From the NCBI GenBank assembly GCA_964016885.1, contig OZ024750.1:6324001-6388000 (forward strand): 64,000 nt of DNA, written 5' to 3'. The notes beneath the pieces are model-generated. The model searched no databases and was not told the DNA's origin. It worked only from the letters and a program-made list of their open reading frames with translations. This document shows positions 14,386-29,121 of this stretch, piece by piece (the first letter of the stretch is position 1; every line of letters begins with the position of its first letter). The position numbers were made by a program, and so were the translations under genes. The stretch comes from Eledone cirrhosa. Its lineage: Eukaryota.

Positions 14386-14662
14386 AATAATGGCGATAAT
14401 AATGATAGATGGATAGTTATGATGGTTTTGAAGATAATATTATTGGTGATGATGTCGTTGTTGTTCTCGTTGTTGTTTGTTTTGGTAAAACTCAAACGTT
14501 ACAGCAGAAGTGTTTTGAACAATGAATAGACGAGAAACGGAAATAAGATGAATTATGATTCATTCACTTCCGGTTCTCTATCCACTTTCTTGGCAAATAA
14601 TCAACATATTTTTCGTATACATTGGAAAATGTCCACCCGCAACCGACTACGTGTGTGCACGC

Positions 14663-14826
<164 letters not shown>

Positions 14827-14944
14827 CTATATATATGCATATATATATATATTTTCTATATATATGCATATATATTTTTTTATATATATATGAATATATA
14901 TATATTTTTTCTATATATATGCATATAAATATATATTATATATA

Positions 14945-15006
<62 letters not shown>

Positions 15007-15072
15007 TATTATATGTATTATATATAAGCATATATATGTGCAATATGCATGCACGTATGTATGTATATATAC

Positions 15073-15169
<97 letters not shown>

Positions 15170-15414
15170 TTTGCCACTAAGAGTTTCTATAGCAATGTAT
15201 TTATGTAACGGATTTTTTTAAAGTCGGTGTTTTAGAAGACATTTTGTCTCGTGTAATCTATCAAAACTGTCATTGCATATTTAATCGTGCTACCAGTAAC
15301 CCACCTCTCTACCTACTCCACTTACCTACTTCTTTCTCTTCTATATATCTACACCTCTAGAGATATCTCTCTACCCCTCTCTTTCTGTACAGCCATCTCT
15401 TCTACATACCTACG

Positions 15415-15481
<67 letters not shown>

Positions 15482-17274
15482 GGTCAGTCAATGATAAACA
15501 TTGATTGCCAAATAAATTAACTATGGAGATATAAAAGATACAGAAGCGAAAACCAAGCAAACAGTGAGTGTGTTCTGTTATTATTTCTGGCAATATTATT
15601 ATAACATTATGACCCTCCCCAAGTATAACTATTTATCTAGCTGTTTATCTATCTATTTAGTTATCTATTCATCCATCTCACTTCTTTCATAGCTGCAATC
15701 TTCCTCGCGGCGGCGAAATGTTAGTGCATTGAATTAAAAATGTCTCGGCATTTGTTTGGGCTCATTGCACTCTGAGTTCAAATCACGCCAAGGCAAGGTT
15801 AACTTCGCCTTTCTTCATTTCGAGATCGATAAATGAAAAACGATTCAAGTAAAAGGGTTGAATATTCCTTCTCCACCCACTCTCCCTCTTTTTCTTTCTA
15901 TCTACCCCTTTCTCTCTCCCCTCTCTCTCTCTGGAAATTTCTGGCTGTGTTTTGACTTGGAGGTGGATGGTCTAAGCAAGGTTTCAAATGCACAAAACAC
16001 GCCATATATCAGGACAGCGCCCCTACGATTCTAGTAAGAGTTAAGGACCCTTTACATTTTTACATACTCTTTCTTCGCCCAAAACAAGAAAATCAAAATC
16101 GTTAGAGTTTTAACATAAAAACTCGTAAAAAACCAAAGCCCTGACGATTCTGTTAACCCAACACTCTTTATACAGATAAGAATTTTGTCGACCTATAAAT
16201 GATCAAAAAATTCAACCCTCAATATTTAGGCATTGTAAGTTTTGTTGGAAGCCCCAGGACCATGAAATGGCATCTTTTATTTATTTCTATCCTTCTTCAA
16301 TCATGGTTCAAATCCTACTGGCACTGCCATTTTCCTTTTCTCCTGCGAGATCAATAATTTACGTATCAGCCATGTACTATAATCAATTCATTTGTTTATC
16401 CAATTTTCTTAGAAATTTGAGAATATTTGGTCTGTATGAATGACACTGGACTATACTAGGTTGTATTGGTCAAATACTCAATATGGTGTGAGAAGGTAAT
16501 TCTAAGCTGGACTCGATTCTGTCGGATTTAGACATACTAAACAAGTCACAACTTAGAGTATCACAATCTGCAGAGCCCTAAAAATATAATTAAAAGGCAT
16601 ATATATTTTCAAATTTAGTGAGAACTTTTTGCCATTAATTTTTAGCAAAATGTTTCAAAGTCTTAGCTTAGGGTCTTAGCTTAGGGTCTTAGCTTAGGGT
16701 CTTTCTAGAGCTAAACCAAACACGGGCTTTACTAGACTATTATATCTCAATTTATCTGTTAACCATCCAGTATTGTCTTGGAGTCCAGTCAGTCGTCTAT
16801 CTACTTCTGTATGGACTTGTTCAAATTTGAGAAATCAATAAGATTGCTAGATTTACGCTATGCAATAAACGTTACCCATTGCAAGGCTATACTAGTCAAT
16901 AATTCAAAATGCAGTGTGTGATAAGGTAACGCTACGCTATGCTAGTAGATATCATATCATGTTGTAGGTGGGGTGCAGTGTGCTATGCTGTACGTCTACA
17001 TTACGGTGCTAGGTGAGATGATAGGGAGATGGCCCTTTTTCGAAAGATAAGGGTTGTGATATTTAACTTGTGATCAATAATTCTTTACGCTGATATTAAG
17101 AGGAATGGATGAATTATTATTTAGCAGATTAAGTTGCAATGCTGTGAAATTGGCAAGGGACGGGGGGGGGGGGGGACATGATGTGTGTGTGTACACATGC
17201 ATACATATGTGTTTATATATATATATACATATACATATATATATTAGATTTTTCAGGATAACATCTCTCTCTCA

Positions 17275-17372
<98 letters not shown>

Positions 17373-17482
17373 CATACTCACCACACACACACATATATAT
17401 ATATTTATATATAATATACATATATATACACAGACACATATATGTGTATATATATATATACTATATATACACACACACGCAC

Positions 17483-17513
<31 letters not shown>

Positions 17514-17899
17514 TGTATGTATATGAGGAGGAGGGGGATAGAGAAAGAAACAACAATTGTTGGGGGATATAATTTATTTTACTCAACTTGTATTGAGTCA
17601 ATTACAATTCTTTCTGGATTGATAACTGTGATATATCTCTTGGAGCTTATTGGTGTTGTTGTTGTTGGTGGTGGTGTTGGGGTGGGGTGGGGGGTAAGGT
17701 AGTGGTGGTGGTGGTGGTGTGGGTGGGTGGAGGATCGTTGTTGTTGTTGGTGTTGTTGTTGTTGTTGTTGGTGGTGTTGTTGTTGTTGTTGTTGTTGGTG
17801 GTGGTCTTTGGATCTATTGTTTCTGTCATTGCTGTTACTTTTTTCTCTTTCTCTTTTTGCTGCTGTTGCTATTTGTCTTTTTGCTGCTGCTGCTGTTCC

Positions 17900-18865
17900 T
17901 ATTTTTCTTGTTGCTGTGTTGCTATTTTTGTTGGTGCTGCTGTTGCTATTTTTCTTGTTGCTGTGTTGCTATTTTTGTTGGTGCTGCTGTTGCTATTTTT
18001 GTTGGTGCTGCTGTTGCTATTTTTGTTGGTGCTGCTGTTGCTATTTTTGTTGGTGCTGCTGTTGCTCTTTTTGTTGGTGCTGCTGTTGCTATTTTTGTTG
18101 GTGCTGCTGTTGCTATTTTTGTTGGTGCTGCTGTTGCTCTTTTTGTTGGTGCTGCTGTTGCTATTTTTGTTGGTGCTGCTGTTGCTATTTTTGTTGGTGC
18201 TGCTGTTGCTCTTTTTGTTGGTGCTGCTGTTGCTATTTTTGTTGGTGCTGCTGTTGCTATTTTTCTTGTTGCTGTGTTGCTATTTTTGTTGGTGCTGCTG
18301 TTGCTATTTTTCTTGTTGCTGTGTTGCTATTTTTGTTGGTGCTGCTGTTGCTATTTTTGTTGGTGCTGCTGTTGCTATTTTTGTTGGTGCTGCTGTTGCT
18401 CTTTTTGTTGGTGCTGCTGTTGCTATTTTTGTTGGTGCTGCTGTTGCTATTTTTGTTGGTGCTGCTGTTGCTATTTTTGTTGGTGCTGCTGTTGCTCTTT
18501 TTGTTGGTGCTGCTGTTGCTATTTTTGTTGGTGCTGCTGTTGCTCTTTTTGTTGGTGCTGCTGTTGCTCTTTTTGTTGGTGCTGCTGTTGCTCTTTTTGT
18601 TGGTGCTGCTGTTGCTCTTTTTGTTGGTGCTGCTGTTGCTCTTTTTGTTGGTGCTGCTGTTGCTATTTTTGTTGGTGCTGCTGTTGCTATTTTTGTTGGT
18701 GTTGCTGTTGCTCTTTTTGTTGGTGCTGCTGTTGCTCTTTTTGTTGGTGCTGCTGTTGCTCTTTTTGTTGGTGCTGCTGTTGCTCTTTTTGTTGGTGCTG
18801 CTGTTGCTATTTTTGTTGGTGCTGCTGTTGCTATTTTTGTTGGTGCTGCTGTTGCACTTTTTCTT
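17900..18865. repeat. 24-bp minisatellite (~40 copies)
   Basis: GTTGGTGCTGCTGTTGCT(A/C)TTTTT, followed by (GTT)n-like low complexity to ~19480. Confidence 0.9.
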
Positions 18866-20099
18866 GATACTGTTTCTATTTTTGCTGATGCTGCTGAGTT
18901 ACTGTTGATGCTGTTGATAGTATTGTTGTTGCTGCTGTTGCTGTTTTTCTTGTTGCTGATATTGCTGTAACTGTTGTTGTTGTCTTGATATTGTTGTTGT
19001 AGCTGTTGTTGTTACTGTTACTGTTGTTGTTGTAGCTGTTGTTGTTGTAGCTGTTGTTGTTACTGTTGTTATTGTTGTTGTAGCTGTTGTTGTTGTTACT
19101 GTTGTTATTGTTGTTGTTACTGTTGTTGTTACTGTTATTGTTGTTGTTGTTGTTGTTGTTGTTACTGTTGTTATTGTTGTTGTAGCTTTTGTTGTGTTGT
19201 AGTAGCTGTTGTTGTTGTTGTTGTTGTAGCTGTTGCTGTTACTGTTGTTATTGTTGTTGTTACTGTTGTTGTTGTTGTAGCTGTTGTTGTTACTGTTGTT
19301 ATTGTTGTAGTAGCTGTTGTTATTGTTGTTGTTGTTGTAGCTGTTGTTGTTACTGTTGTTATTGTTGTTGTTGTTGTAGCTGCTGTTGTTACTGTTACTG
19401 CTGTTGTAGTAGCTGGTGTTGTTGTGGTAGCTGTTGTAGCTGATGTTGTTGTTACTGTTGTTATTGTTGTTGTAGTTGTTAGGAAGAGGGAATCCTTTAT
19501 AGAGAGAAAGGAAGAGCTAAGATAGTAATCTATCCCCACAAGACACGGTCACTTCTCATTTACATAGCAACAAGTTATAGTCTGGGTGGTCGTGTTGTTG
19601 GTATTATTATAGTGGTGGGGTGGAGGTGGAGGTGATGTGGGGGGGGGGTGATAGATGCACTAGTGGTGGTGGTGGTGGGGTGATGGATGTGGTGGTGGGG
19701 GTAGTGATGGATGTAGTGGTGGTGGTAGTGGTGTTGTTGTAGTAGTAGTGGTTTTGGTGGTGATAGTAGTGGTGGTGGTGGTGGTGTTAGAGATGATGGT
19801 TGATGGCAATGGTGGTGGCGGTAGTGGTGGTGGTGGTGTTGCTGTTGTAGTGGTTTTGGTGGTGATAGTAGTGGTGGTAGTTTTAGTGGTGATGGTGGTG
19901 GCGGTGGTGTGGTTGTTCAGGTAGTGGTTTTGGTGGTGACAGTAGTGATGGTGTTAGTGGTGATGGTAGTGACGGTGGTGATGGTGTTAGTGGTGATGGC
20001 GATGGTGGCGGTAATAGGAGCTCGTGCTGCTGCTGCTGCTGCTGCTTGTTTTGTTAATGGTGGGTGATATTGGTGGCAGCAGTTATGGTTGTAGTGGGT

Positions 20100-20500
20100 A
20101 TAATTGTTTCTACTTTAGGCACAAGGCCAGCAATTACCCAGTGCATTACTGGTACTTTATTTTATCGACTCCGTAAGGATGAAAGGCAAAGTCAACCTCG
20201 GCGGGATTTGAACTCAGATCGTAAAGGGACGTAACTATGGTGATAATAATGGTTTTTTATATAGGCACAAGGCCAGCAATTTTTTGGGGGAGGGGAGTGA
20301 AATGTCAATTAAATCGACCCCAGTGCATTACTGGTACATTCATTTATCGACCGCCCCCCTACCGTAAATATGAAAGGCAAAGCTAACCTCGGTGAGATTT
20401 GAACTCAGAATGTAAAGGGCCGTAACTCTATTCCATAATGTAAAGGGTTGTAACTCTATGTATGTTGTCTGACGCTCTACCGGTTCTGCCAATCCACCTT
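20100..20500 (-). mobile_element. Two tandem S1 SINEs (20100-20240, 20248-20500)
   Basis: Reverse complement of the S1 consensus; short and long tail variants. Confidence 0.8.
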
Positions 20501-20619
20501 GGTCGTAGTTGTGATGAGCTATTACTGCAAGTGAAGACATTACCTCACATATTCTAGTCTGTAAGCAGATAGCTGCTCCGACTGTCATATATATTATAGC
20601 TTCGAGCAAAGCTAAAGCA

Positions 20620-20715
<96 letters not shown>

Positions 20716-20751
20716 TGTAGTGTGTGTGTGAGAGAGAGAGAGAGAGGGGTG

Positions 20752-20802
<51 letters not shown>

Positions 20803-21709
20803 CAGGGCGTGATAGCCGACTGTTACATGAATTTCCGGCATTTTATGTCACTTGACTGCAACATTTGCACAATATATATATATATATAAACCGCGATGAT
20901 ATTGCTTTTTGCTGAACTCCTTATTGTAGAGTTTTTTCGGAATGTTTTTGACTGTTGTTTCTTGTAAACAAACATTCGTCTCCTTCTGACGTCACCAGCC
21001 CTGTTTTTACACATGTGCGTTTTATTTTCATAATCACGCATGATGGTAAACTAGCCTGCTTTTAATTCCCTTTTTGGCATATTAATCAGTGAGAAATATG
21101 GGTATCGAGTTGAGCTCTGCTGAGGATCGGATCCAACCGTGACCATCTCCACTGAAAGTTTTCGTGAAATAGTCTTCAAGACTATACAGAGCATTTGTAG
21201 TTGTCCCAAATTGAAGGATGAGTATTTTAAACTTTATTTTATCATGAGTTAAGGCTCTATTGATTTTTCCCTGGATTTCACTAAATTCTGTTGGATGAAT
21301 CTATATCCTGATTCTTTTTGAGTTGAGTTTGAATTATTTTTCCCACATCTTACGTTAACTATTTTTCCCATTTTGACGCTATAGTCACTTATATTATGGA
21401 ATACACTGTTGGCTTTTTGCTACAATATTTTCTATACCTTTCATTTATATATATATATATATATGAAAAGATTCAGGACACTAACGCCTGAGCTTCAGCC
21501 GTTTCGACAGCTAGATCCTAACTCATATATATATATAAATATGTTTATCAATCGGGGGCAACCACACTAAGTAAGGTACTCAATACAAAGCAGAGTATAT
21601 ATATTTAATATAGAATAGGCTTCTACGGGACTAGAACTGTATAAATATATATATATTTATCGGTGTGTGTACGTTTATTTATCTGTGTGTGTGTGTGTGC
21701 GTGTGTGTT

Positions 21710-21990
21710 TGTACTTTATTTTATCGACCCCAGTCAGTTAAAAAGCAAAGTTTAACTCGGTGGGATTTGAACTCAGAACAAATACCGCCAAACTTTTGGG
21801 GTTTTTTCGGCACTCTAACAATTCTGCCAATAGTAGTATTAATAATGGGTTTTAATTTAGGCACAAAGTCAGCAATTTTTTAAGAGAGAAAATTCGATTA
21901 CATCAACCTTAGTACATGATTGGTACTTTATTTTATCGATTCCAGAATGGATGAAAATCAAAGTTGACCTCTGGAGCAATTTGAACTCAG
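21710..21990 (-). mobile_element. Two diverged S1 SINEs
   Basis: GTACTTTATTTTATCGA..TTGAACTCAG motifs. Confidence 0.65.
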
Positions 21991-22034
21991 GGAGCAGAGA
22001 ATCGAGACGAATAACGCAAAACAATCTATCCAGT

Positions 22035-22242
22035 GTGGCTCAGTGGTTAGAGAATTGGATTCGCAATCGTAAGGTTGTGAGTTCGATTCCTGGACAAGGC
22101 GATGCGTTATGTCCTTGAGCAAGACACTTTATTTCACGTTGCTTCTACTACCTGGAGTTGCGACCGATAGATAGTATTAGCAATTGGAAAGACCAACGGA
22201 AACATTGTTTCCTCGGTCCGATTTGACGAAAGTCGATCGTTC
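22035..22242 (+). mobile_element. SINE family S2 (tRNA head, GTCCTTGAGCAAGACACTT core), full length
   Basis: A-box TGGCTCAGTGG, B-box GTTCGATTCC. Near-identical copy at 50318-50528. Confidence 0.85.
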
Positions 22243-23923
22243 CTATTCTATCCAACGTTCTAACTACTCTTCTAATTCACCGCCTATATGAATCTATGAA
22301 TCTTATAAGGAGAAGGTACACAGACTACCGTAACGTCGACGTCGATGACGACGATGATAACGATGATGACGATGTCGGTGACGATGACGATATTTGTGTT
22401 ACTTTTATTGGTTTTCAATATAACGAGGTTCAAGAGAAAAAAAAATTTATCAATTAAATATGAAATTAAATATGAACTTAAACATTAATTAAATATAAAC
22501 TGAAATAACAAACACTTCTAATAAAACACATAAATGTACTTTCAAATAATTTACCGCAATGGAAACATTAACGCAATATTGAAATGAATGTTTAGAAAAA
22601 TATATTAAGAAAGAAAGAAAGCAATTAATTTGATGTATAATTAGTTACAAATGAAATAAAATAAAAAAGAAACTGTTGTAAAATATCCTCTATGAGTATT
22701 GGTTAACTATGAAAATAATTTTTTATTGTTTCTAGTAAAATTTTAAAATATATACACTTCTAGATTTACTAAATCAACTTAAAGTTTAAACTTTATTATT
22801 CAAAGTTCGCCATCGTTGTATTTATAATTTTGTTTGTTTTGTTTGTGTTTTTTCTATATTTTTAAATCCACCACTCTTCTTAAAACAATCCCTTTAGTGT
22901 GTATAAAGCACAAGTAGGACCTTGTGAAAAACTTGTTATGAAGGATTGTGTAAAAGTAAATATACTTTAGTTGTAGAAGTGACGTTCGACGAGTATCCTC
23001 CGCCTCTGGGACCCGGCCGACAGGGTAGAGAATGCATTACCCCGGTGGGGCTCTCACCCACGGGCAGCCAACTACGTCCCGATAGCAGTGAGTAAGGATA
23101 AGGTCCGGGGGCCAAGAATCCCGGAATACTTTACCCGATTTATTCGACTATTTATATAGTTATCTGCATTGATGCGACCACATTTTTAAACTCTTCAGTT
23201 GCTTATATTCGACTTTAAATGGCAATGGCTGATGACTGGTTTGATTCCCGCAGGCTTCTCTGTCCACCTTTAATATCTTTAACGTGACAAACATGATAAA
23301 CAACACTTTAATTAATATTTGTATGTTAAACAGTATTTTGATTTCAAATCAATAGATATCTAATAAATTTACAATTGAGAAAGTCGGAAAAACATATCTG
23401 CATTGAAAGACGTATGTGAATTTTTATCGATCTATCCTGCAGGGTCTGAACGGCAGCTAAAAGTTTTCCATCTACTTCAAACTAATTCTGTTATCTAGAC
23501 TAACTGTATACTATTCAATTATTTATATCTACTAATGTTAAACTTTCAAACTGTCCTGCTATAATAATTCTATTGTAATCTTCCTTAAGAAAAAGAAGAA
23601 ATGAAAAAATGAAGAAGAAACTTTAAAAGTTTAAATCTGTGAAACATTAAATATTTAATAGAGAAATGAACAAATGGACTTTTAAACTTTCAAAGCTGCA
23701 CTGTCGATAAATATATTCTGAAATGTTTCAATAAATTTTAAGAAAATCATTAAAAGAACTTTAGATCGTATAATTTCAGTTTTAAAAATAATTTTATTAC
23801 TACCACTAAAGAAGAATTCTGTATAGTATAATGGACGGTGGTAAGGAAGAGATAGCTGGTGTTAATTTGGTGAAGAGTGCCTCAAAAACGAGAAAACCAA
23901 AGAACTGGCAGTTGAAACAGCAT

Positions 23924-24036
<113 letters not shown>

Positions 24037-24187
24037 ACGCGGGTGTGTATGATTGTGTATAGAAGATTATATTAATAAAAGGAATTCCAACTTTGTCTGA
24101 TTTACTCGTTTTATTTACAATCCTTTAAAATTTATAATAGTATTAGAATGAAATAGTATGGTAAAATATTAAATGTTAAGTGTTAAT

Positions 24188-24226
24188 TGAACAAGTACTT
24201 TCATGCTTTCGCAATCTTCAGGTTCA
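24188..24226 (-). ncRNA. Minimal type I hammerhead ribozyme
   Basis: Minus strand: TGAAC CTGAAGA T-TGC-GAAA-GCA-T GAA AGTACT T GTTCA. GNRA-capped stem II, palindromic minimal stem III. Confidence 0.75.
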
Positions 24227-24265
24227 TATTCTGTGGTGACAGTCAAGTTTGCAATTTTCTGAAAC

Positions 24266-24305
24266 TTGACCTGAAGATTACGAAAGCATGAAAGTACTTG
24301 TTCAA
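24266..24305 (+). ncRNA. Mirror-copy minimal hammerhead (slightly degenerate)
   Basis: TTGAC CTGAAGA TTACGAAAGCAT GAA AGTACT T GTTCAA. One stem II mismatch and an imperfect stem I. Confidence 0.55.
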
Positions 24306-24416
24306 TTAACACTTAACATTTAATATTTTACCATACTATTTCATTCTAATACTATTATAAATTTTAAAGGATTGTAAATAAAACGAGTAAATCAGACAAA
24401 GTTGGAATTCCTTTTA

Positions 24417-24458
<42 letters not shown>

Positions 24459-24676
24459 TATATGTTATCGTAGTTAGTGCAAGTCATATCATCAATAATA
24501 TGAATTTTGGATCACTCACAATCAGTTAAGTACTAATTTCTATAGCAATTGATCCGATATAGGAAGGAAATTCAATAATTATTTTTTAATCACTTTGTCG
24601 TTTCCTTAGTCAAGTACTATTCCACAGTGTTGTTTACATCAATTTCTTTAGCATTATTTTTGTATTATAGTATATC

Positions 24677-25051
24677 GGTGGTCTGGCAGTATCGGTAGAG
24701 CGTCGGACACCATGCTTTGCAGCATAGTTATGGCCCTTTGCGTTCTGAGTTCAAATCCGCCGAGGTTAGCTTTGCCTTTCATCCTTACGAGGTCGATAAA
24801 ATAGAGTACCAGTAATGTACTGGGGTAATCGCTGGCCTTGTGCCAAAAGTAGAAACTCTAAGGTGGATTGGCAGTATCGGTAAAGAGTCGGACACCATGC
24901 TTTGAAGCATAGAGTTACGTCCCTTTATGATCTGAGTTCAAATCCCGCCGAGGTTAACTTTGCCTTTTATCCTTACGGGGTCGATAAAATAGAGTACCAG
25001 TAATGTACTGGGGTAATTGCTGGCCTTGTGCCAAAAGTAGAAACAATTATT
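24677..25051 (+). mobile_element. Head-to-tail S1 SINE dimer (24677-24857, 24863-25051)
   Basis: Two full-length, highly similar copies. Confidence 0.85.
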
Positions 25052-25970
25052 TTTGTATTATAGTGATGTTTTGCTTTAACAGAAGACGTGGGATATATTT
25101 CAAGCAATTCCATACGATTTCATCTATATCACACACCAGTTCTTTTATTTATTTCTTCTGTATTTATAATTTTAATTCTATTTTATTTTTGATATTATAC
25201 TTATTTGTTGTTGTTTTTTTTTATAGTTTATTTATATATTTTTACCTGACTTTATTCTGCCATTTATTCTGCCGCCGTCCATTCTTGTCATTCCAATATT
25301 CTATCAATTTTTTATTTTATTTTTTTTTTTAGGTTTTAAAAAAAAATTGTTGAAATTTTTTGTCCAATGGGATTCTTATTATTTTTGTATGTTTGGAAAT
25401 TGTTTGTGTTTTGTATTTTATTTTATTTCAATCAATCTATTGTATAAAGTAAAAGTGCTGTCCAATTTCAGCATTGCTTCAGGACGGTAACATGAAACTA
25501 ATAATTGTAAATTGTGAAGTTTAGGCTCCAAAATAAATAACATACGCAAATACTTCTATATACAATCACATATATACACACACGCACATACATAACACAT
25601 ATACACACACGCACATATACATACACACACACATACATACACACACGCATACATACACACGCACACACATATATATATACATATACACATATACACAACA
25701 CACAGAGACCCACACACATCTGTATGTATATATATATACATACATACACACATATATATATATATGCACACAACACACATCTATATATATATATATATTT
25801 ATGTATATATATATATATACATTTATATATATATAAATGTAAATATATATATATATTTATATATATACAACACAGAGAGACATCCACACACATCTATATA
25901 TATACATATACATACACACATACATACACATGTATGTATATATATATATGTATGTATATATATATGTATG

Positions 25971-26001
<31 letters not shown>

Positions 26002-28548
26002 ATATATATATGTATGTATATATACAGATTCATACATAAATACACACATACATAGTGCTTTTTACCCCAGTGCTTTCCTATTTATTTACTTGTATATGTT
26101 GATGCGGTTTCCCCGCTTTGCCTCATACCTCCACAGATATATGTAAATATAATGCTACATATATAGTTATTTGTTCATTTACAATCCTCCTGCAACCAAT
26201 ATATTTTACATATTATTTACATATATTTTTTTTACATATACTTATAAAGTTTCTATATTTTTATTCGTTTCCTTTTAGATATATGCATACTTGTTTTTTT
26301 AAAATAATTTTTGTTGTTGATAAATTACCGGTGCGTTAACAGTGTTTTGTTTCAAAGCTATACTGTATATCAGAATATATCTAGATTTTATCTAACACTT
26401 TATGTGTACATAGATGTAGATACCTTATAAAATACATTATCTTCTTGGAGAGGAAGAGTGAGATAAACCGGACTTGTTTCACTCATGTTCTCTGATTTCT
26501 TTAATGACTGAATCCCCAGAGATATTGCTTATAAACTGATTGTTACTATGGACTTAAGTTAATCACCTAGATTGATTTGCATACGTAACGCATTCTTATT
26601 AGTTAATACGATTAATAAATTACAGATGCATTAACAGTGCTTTGTTTAAACATAACACTATAATATAAAATACATCTAATGATTATTAGACAAAGTTGAA
26701 ATATATAGACAGATGTAAAACACATTGCATTTATATACAATCCTGTCGTTACCAAAAAAGTGGAATCAACCGAACTAAGATTGTGGGCTAAAATCTGTAA
26801 ACAATTTAAACATAGGGCTGAATTTGAACGCATTGCGTTTCATCTAAACTTTTGCAGTTCCAACTTTTAAGTGAAGCAATCTTTTCCCTTCTATCTCCAG
26901 ATCTCTTATTTCTATCATCAACTTAAATATATCTGCTATGGAAATTTGGTATTCTTTTCTATATTCAGGGTTCAATTCTTGCCCTCCCTAAATGATCTGA
27001 ATACCATTGTACCAAATATTTTCTTTAGAGATATGAAAGGAATATAATCAGCCTTTATATAATCACGATTCTACAACTGAGATCCCATTCCGTAGAGCTC
27101 TGTTTCTCGTGAATCATATCTATGATAGGAATAAAAATGGCTATTTATTGGAAATGTTTAACGTTGGTAGTGGTTCTTTAAATAACAAGCATTATTAGGT
27201 ATTATTAGGGACGGTGAACTGGGAAAGTCGTTAGAACATCAGAAAAAGCTTAGCAGTATTTCTTTCGGTCAGATAAAATAATATTCACTCAGTAATTTAC
27301 GTGTTTTTATCTTTTGAGTTCAAATACCAACAAGGTCGACTTTTTTTCTTTTTGTCTTCTTTGATAGCTACGAGAGCTATTTCGAAAGTATTCCAGGTGG
27401 TCCTCGAACATTTGAAGGATTGCTAGGCTAAGTATGTGGAGATACAAATGTCCTACTTCGAAGAAGACACATAAATGAACTCCATCAGTTACGTAATGTT
27501 TAGCCCCAACCTAAAGTGGGATAATATTTTGGGAAGACTTTCTATAGTTAGAAAAGAATAGGCGGGCTTCCATCAATAATCATTGCTTTCATTGAACATT
27601 TACACTTTGTCAAATTTTAAACAAACGCATTCCATTGAGCAAACTATCAATTATTGCTTTCATAATTATTAACAACGAATTTAATAATATACAGACCAGC
27701 TCTGAGGAAATCCCTTCAAGCTGAAGGCGTTCCAAACAGCTTTATTAGGTTCCGACATCAAATATATAATGGTTCATTTAGTGCAGTGAAAATCAAAAAT
27801 AAAATAAAATATCCAGATATTTTTCAATTTACATAATTAGATAAGATTTTATCTTTTCAATTCTGTTGTTTAATAAAGTTCTTGAAGATAATTAAGAAAA
27901 CGTTCGATTCCTCACAAGATATATAGTTTGGTAACAATAGATATATCCCTGATCCTATGTCGAGTGATTCTAAGCTTGCTTTTAGGGGTGGGTATCTGAA
28001 TATAGCTTTGTAATTTCGTCTTAGTGTCAGTGTTAACAGGATCAGTATTACAGGTGGTACGTAGATCAGTGTTATATTAGATAGGATACAACACAAATAA
28101 TATAACTGTACAGAAAAAGCAACAACTAATTTGTGACATCGTTAGATATAAAGTAAAGTGAAATATTTCATCACATCAGACGTTGGTGATGAGTTTTGGA
28201 AACAACAGAACGTCCACCTACATAGTAAAATGTAGTTATCGATCATCTAAATGATTGGATTGTTGTGTTGTACAGAATTATCGATATTTTCCCAGGGTGT
28301 ATGTCACCCATGACAAATTCTGAAAGTATCATGGATTAACCATCTGTGGTGAAATAATCTCATTCCACGAACTTATCTTTACCAGGCGACCGATTCTAAA
28401 TTAATTCAGCACCAATCATTGCATTGATATAGGTTTAAGAGTTACATGGAATATTAAAGGTTGTCGCGTAAACTACTTACATTTCTCTGGTCAAGAAAAA
28501 TGAAAAATATACAAATTAAAGAACGGGACGTCAATACATTTACGCGCG

Positions 28549-28588
<40 letters not shown>

Positions 28589-28705
28589 GACTTGAAGGCG
28601 GCCAACCGGACTGGCAACTGCTAAATGTTGTTTGGCCGCCTTCTTGTCTCTCTGCCTTTTCAGCCCCACGGATTGTGTCTATTATATTCCTTTGTTAAAT
28701 TTCGA

Positions 28706-28762
28706 ATACCTGACGATGTCCCAGATTCATACTGAACCCAGTCATTGAAATGTTCATAGTAT
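28706..28762 (+). ncRNA. Type I hammerhead ribozyme (somewhat diverged)
   Basis: ATAC CTGACGA [imperfect stem II TGTC..TTCA-TAC-TGAA..GTCA] GAAA TGTTCA T A GTAT, then AATAAA. Lies in a TA-flanked island at ~28590-28930. Confidence 0.6.
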
Positions 28763-28926
28763 AATAAACCTTTAAGGAATTACACCAGTCCAGCCTCCTG
28801 TTATTTTATGTCCCCCTTGCTTCTACTAGACATCACCAGAGGGCGTTAGCCCCCCCCCCCCCCCCCGCGGTGTTTGCATAGCTACGGCTTCCTAAACCTG
28901 TATTTCTTTGGAGATACGAAATATTT

Positions 28927-28971
<45 letters not shown>

Positions 28972-29121
28972 CGTACTGACTGCCAGGCAGACAGACAAGA
29001 TATATATAGACACAGACGTACTGACTGCCAGGCAGACATATTTGTCTTCCTATAGAACCAATGCTCAATATAACAGTTATAGATAAATTGTTCTCTAAAA
29101 TGTTATGAAGAAAAATCTTTC

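Larger units (their letters stand above)
24068..24424. mobile_element. ~156-bp-arm inverted repeat formed by two head-to-head hammerhead-bearing units
   Basis: Arms 24068-24223 and 24269-24424 are nearly identical (one mismatch seen). The right arm abuts (TA)n. Confidence 0.75.

Noticed and set aside
16660-16702. TTAGGG-containing repeat
   Set aside because: 13-bp unit x3, not a telomeric array.
17687-18970. Long Leu/Cys/Ala-rich ORFs; mucin-like KIATAAPT on the minus strand
   Set aside because: 24-bp minisatellite open in several frames, with no start, splice or domain support.
27700-27750. CTGAGGA plus good stem II plus CAAACAGCTT
   Set aside because: GAAA is mutated and stem I is absent; at best a decayed relic.
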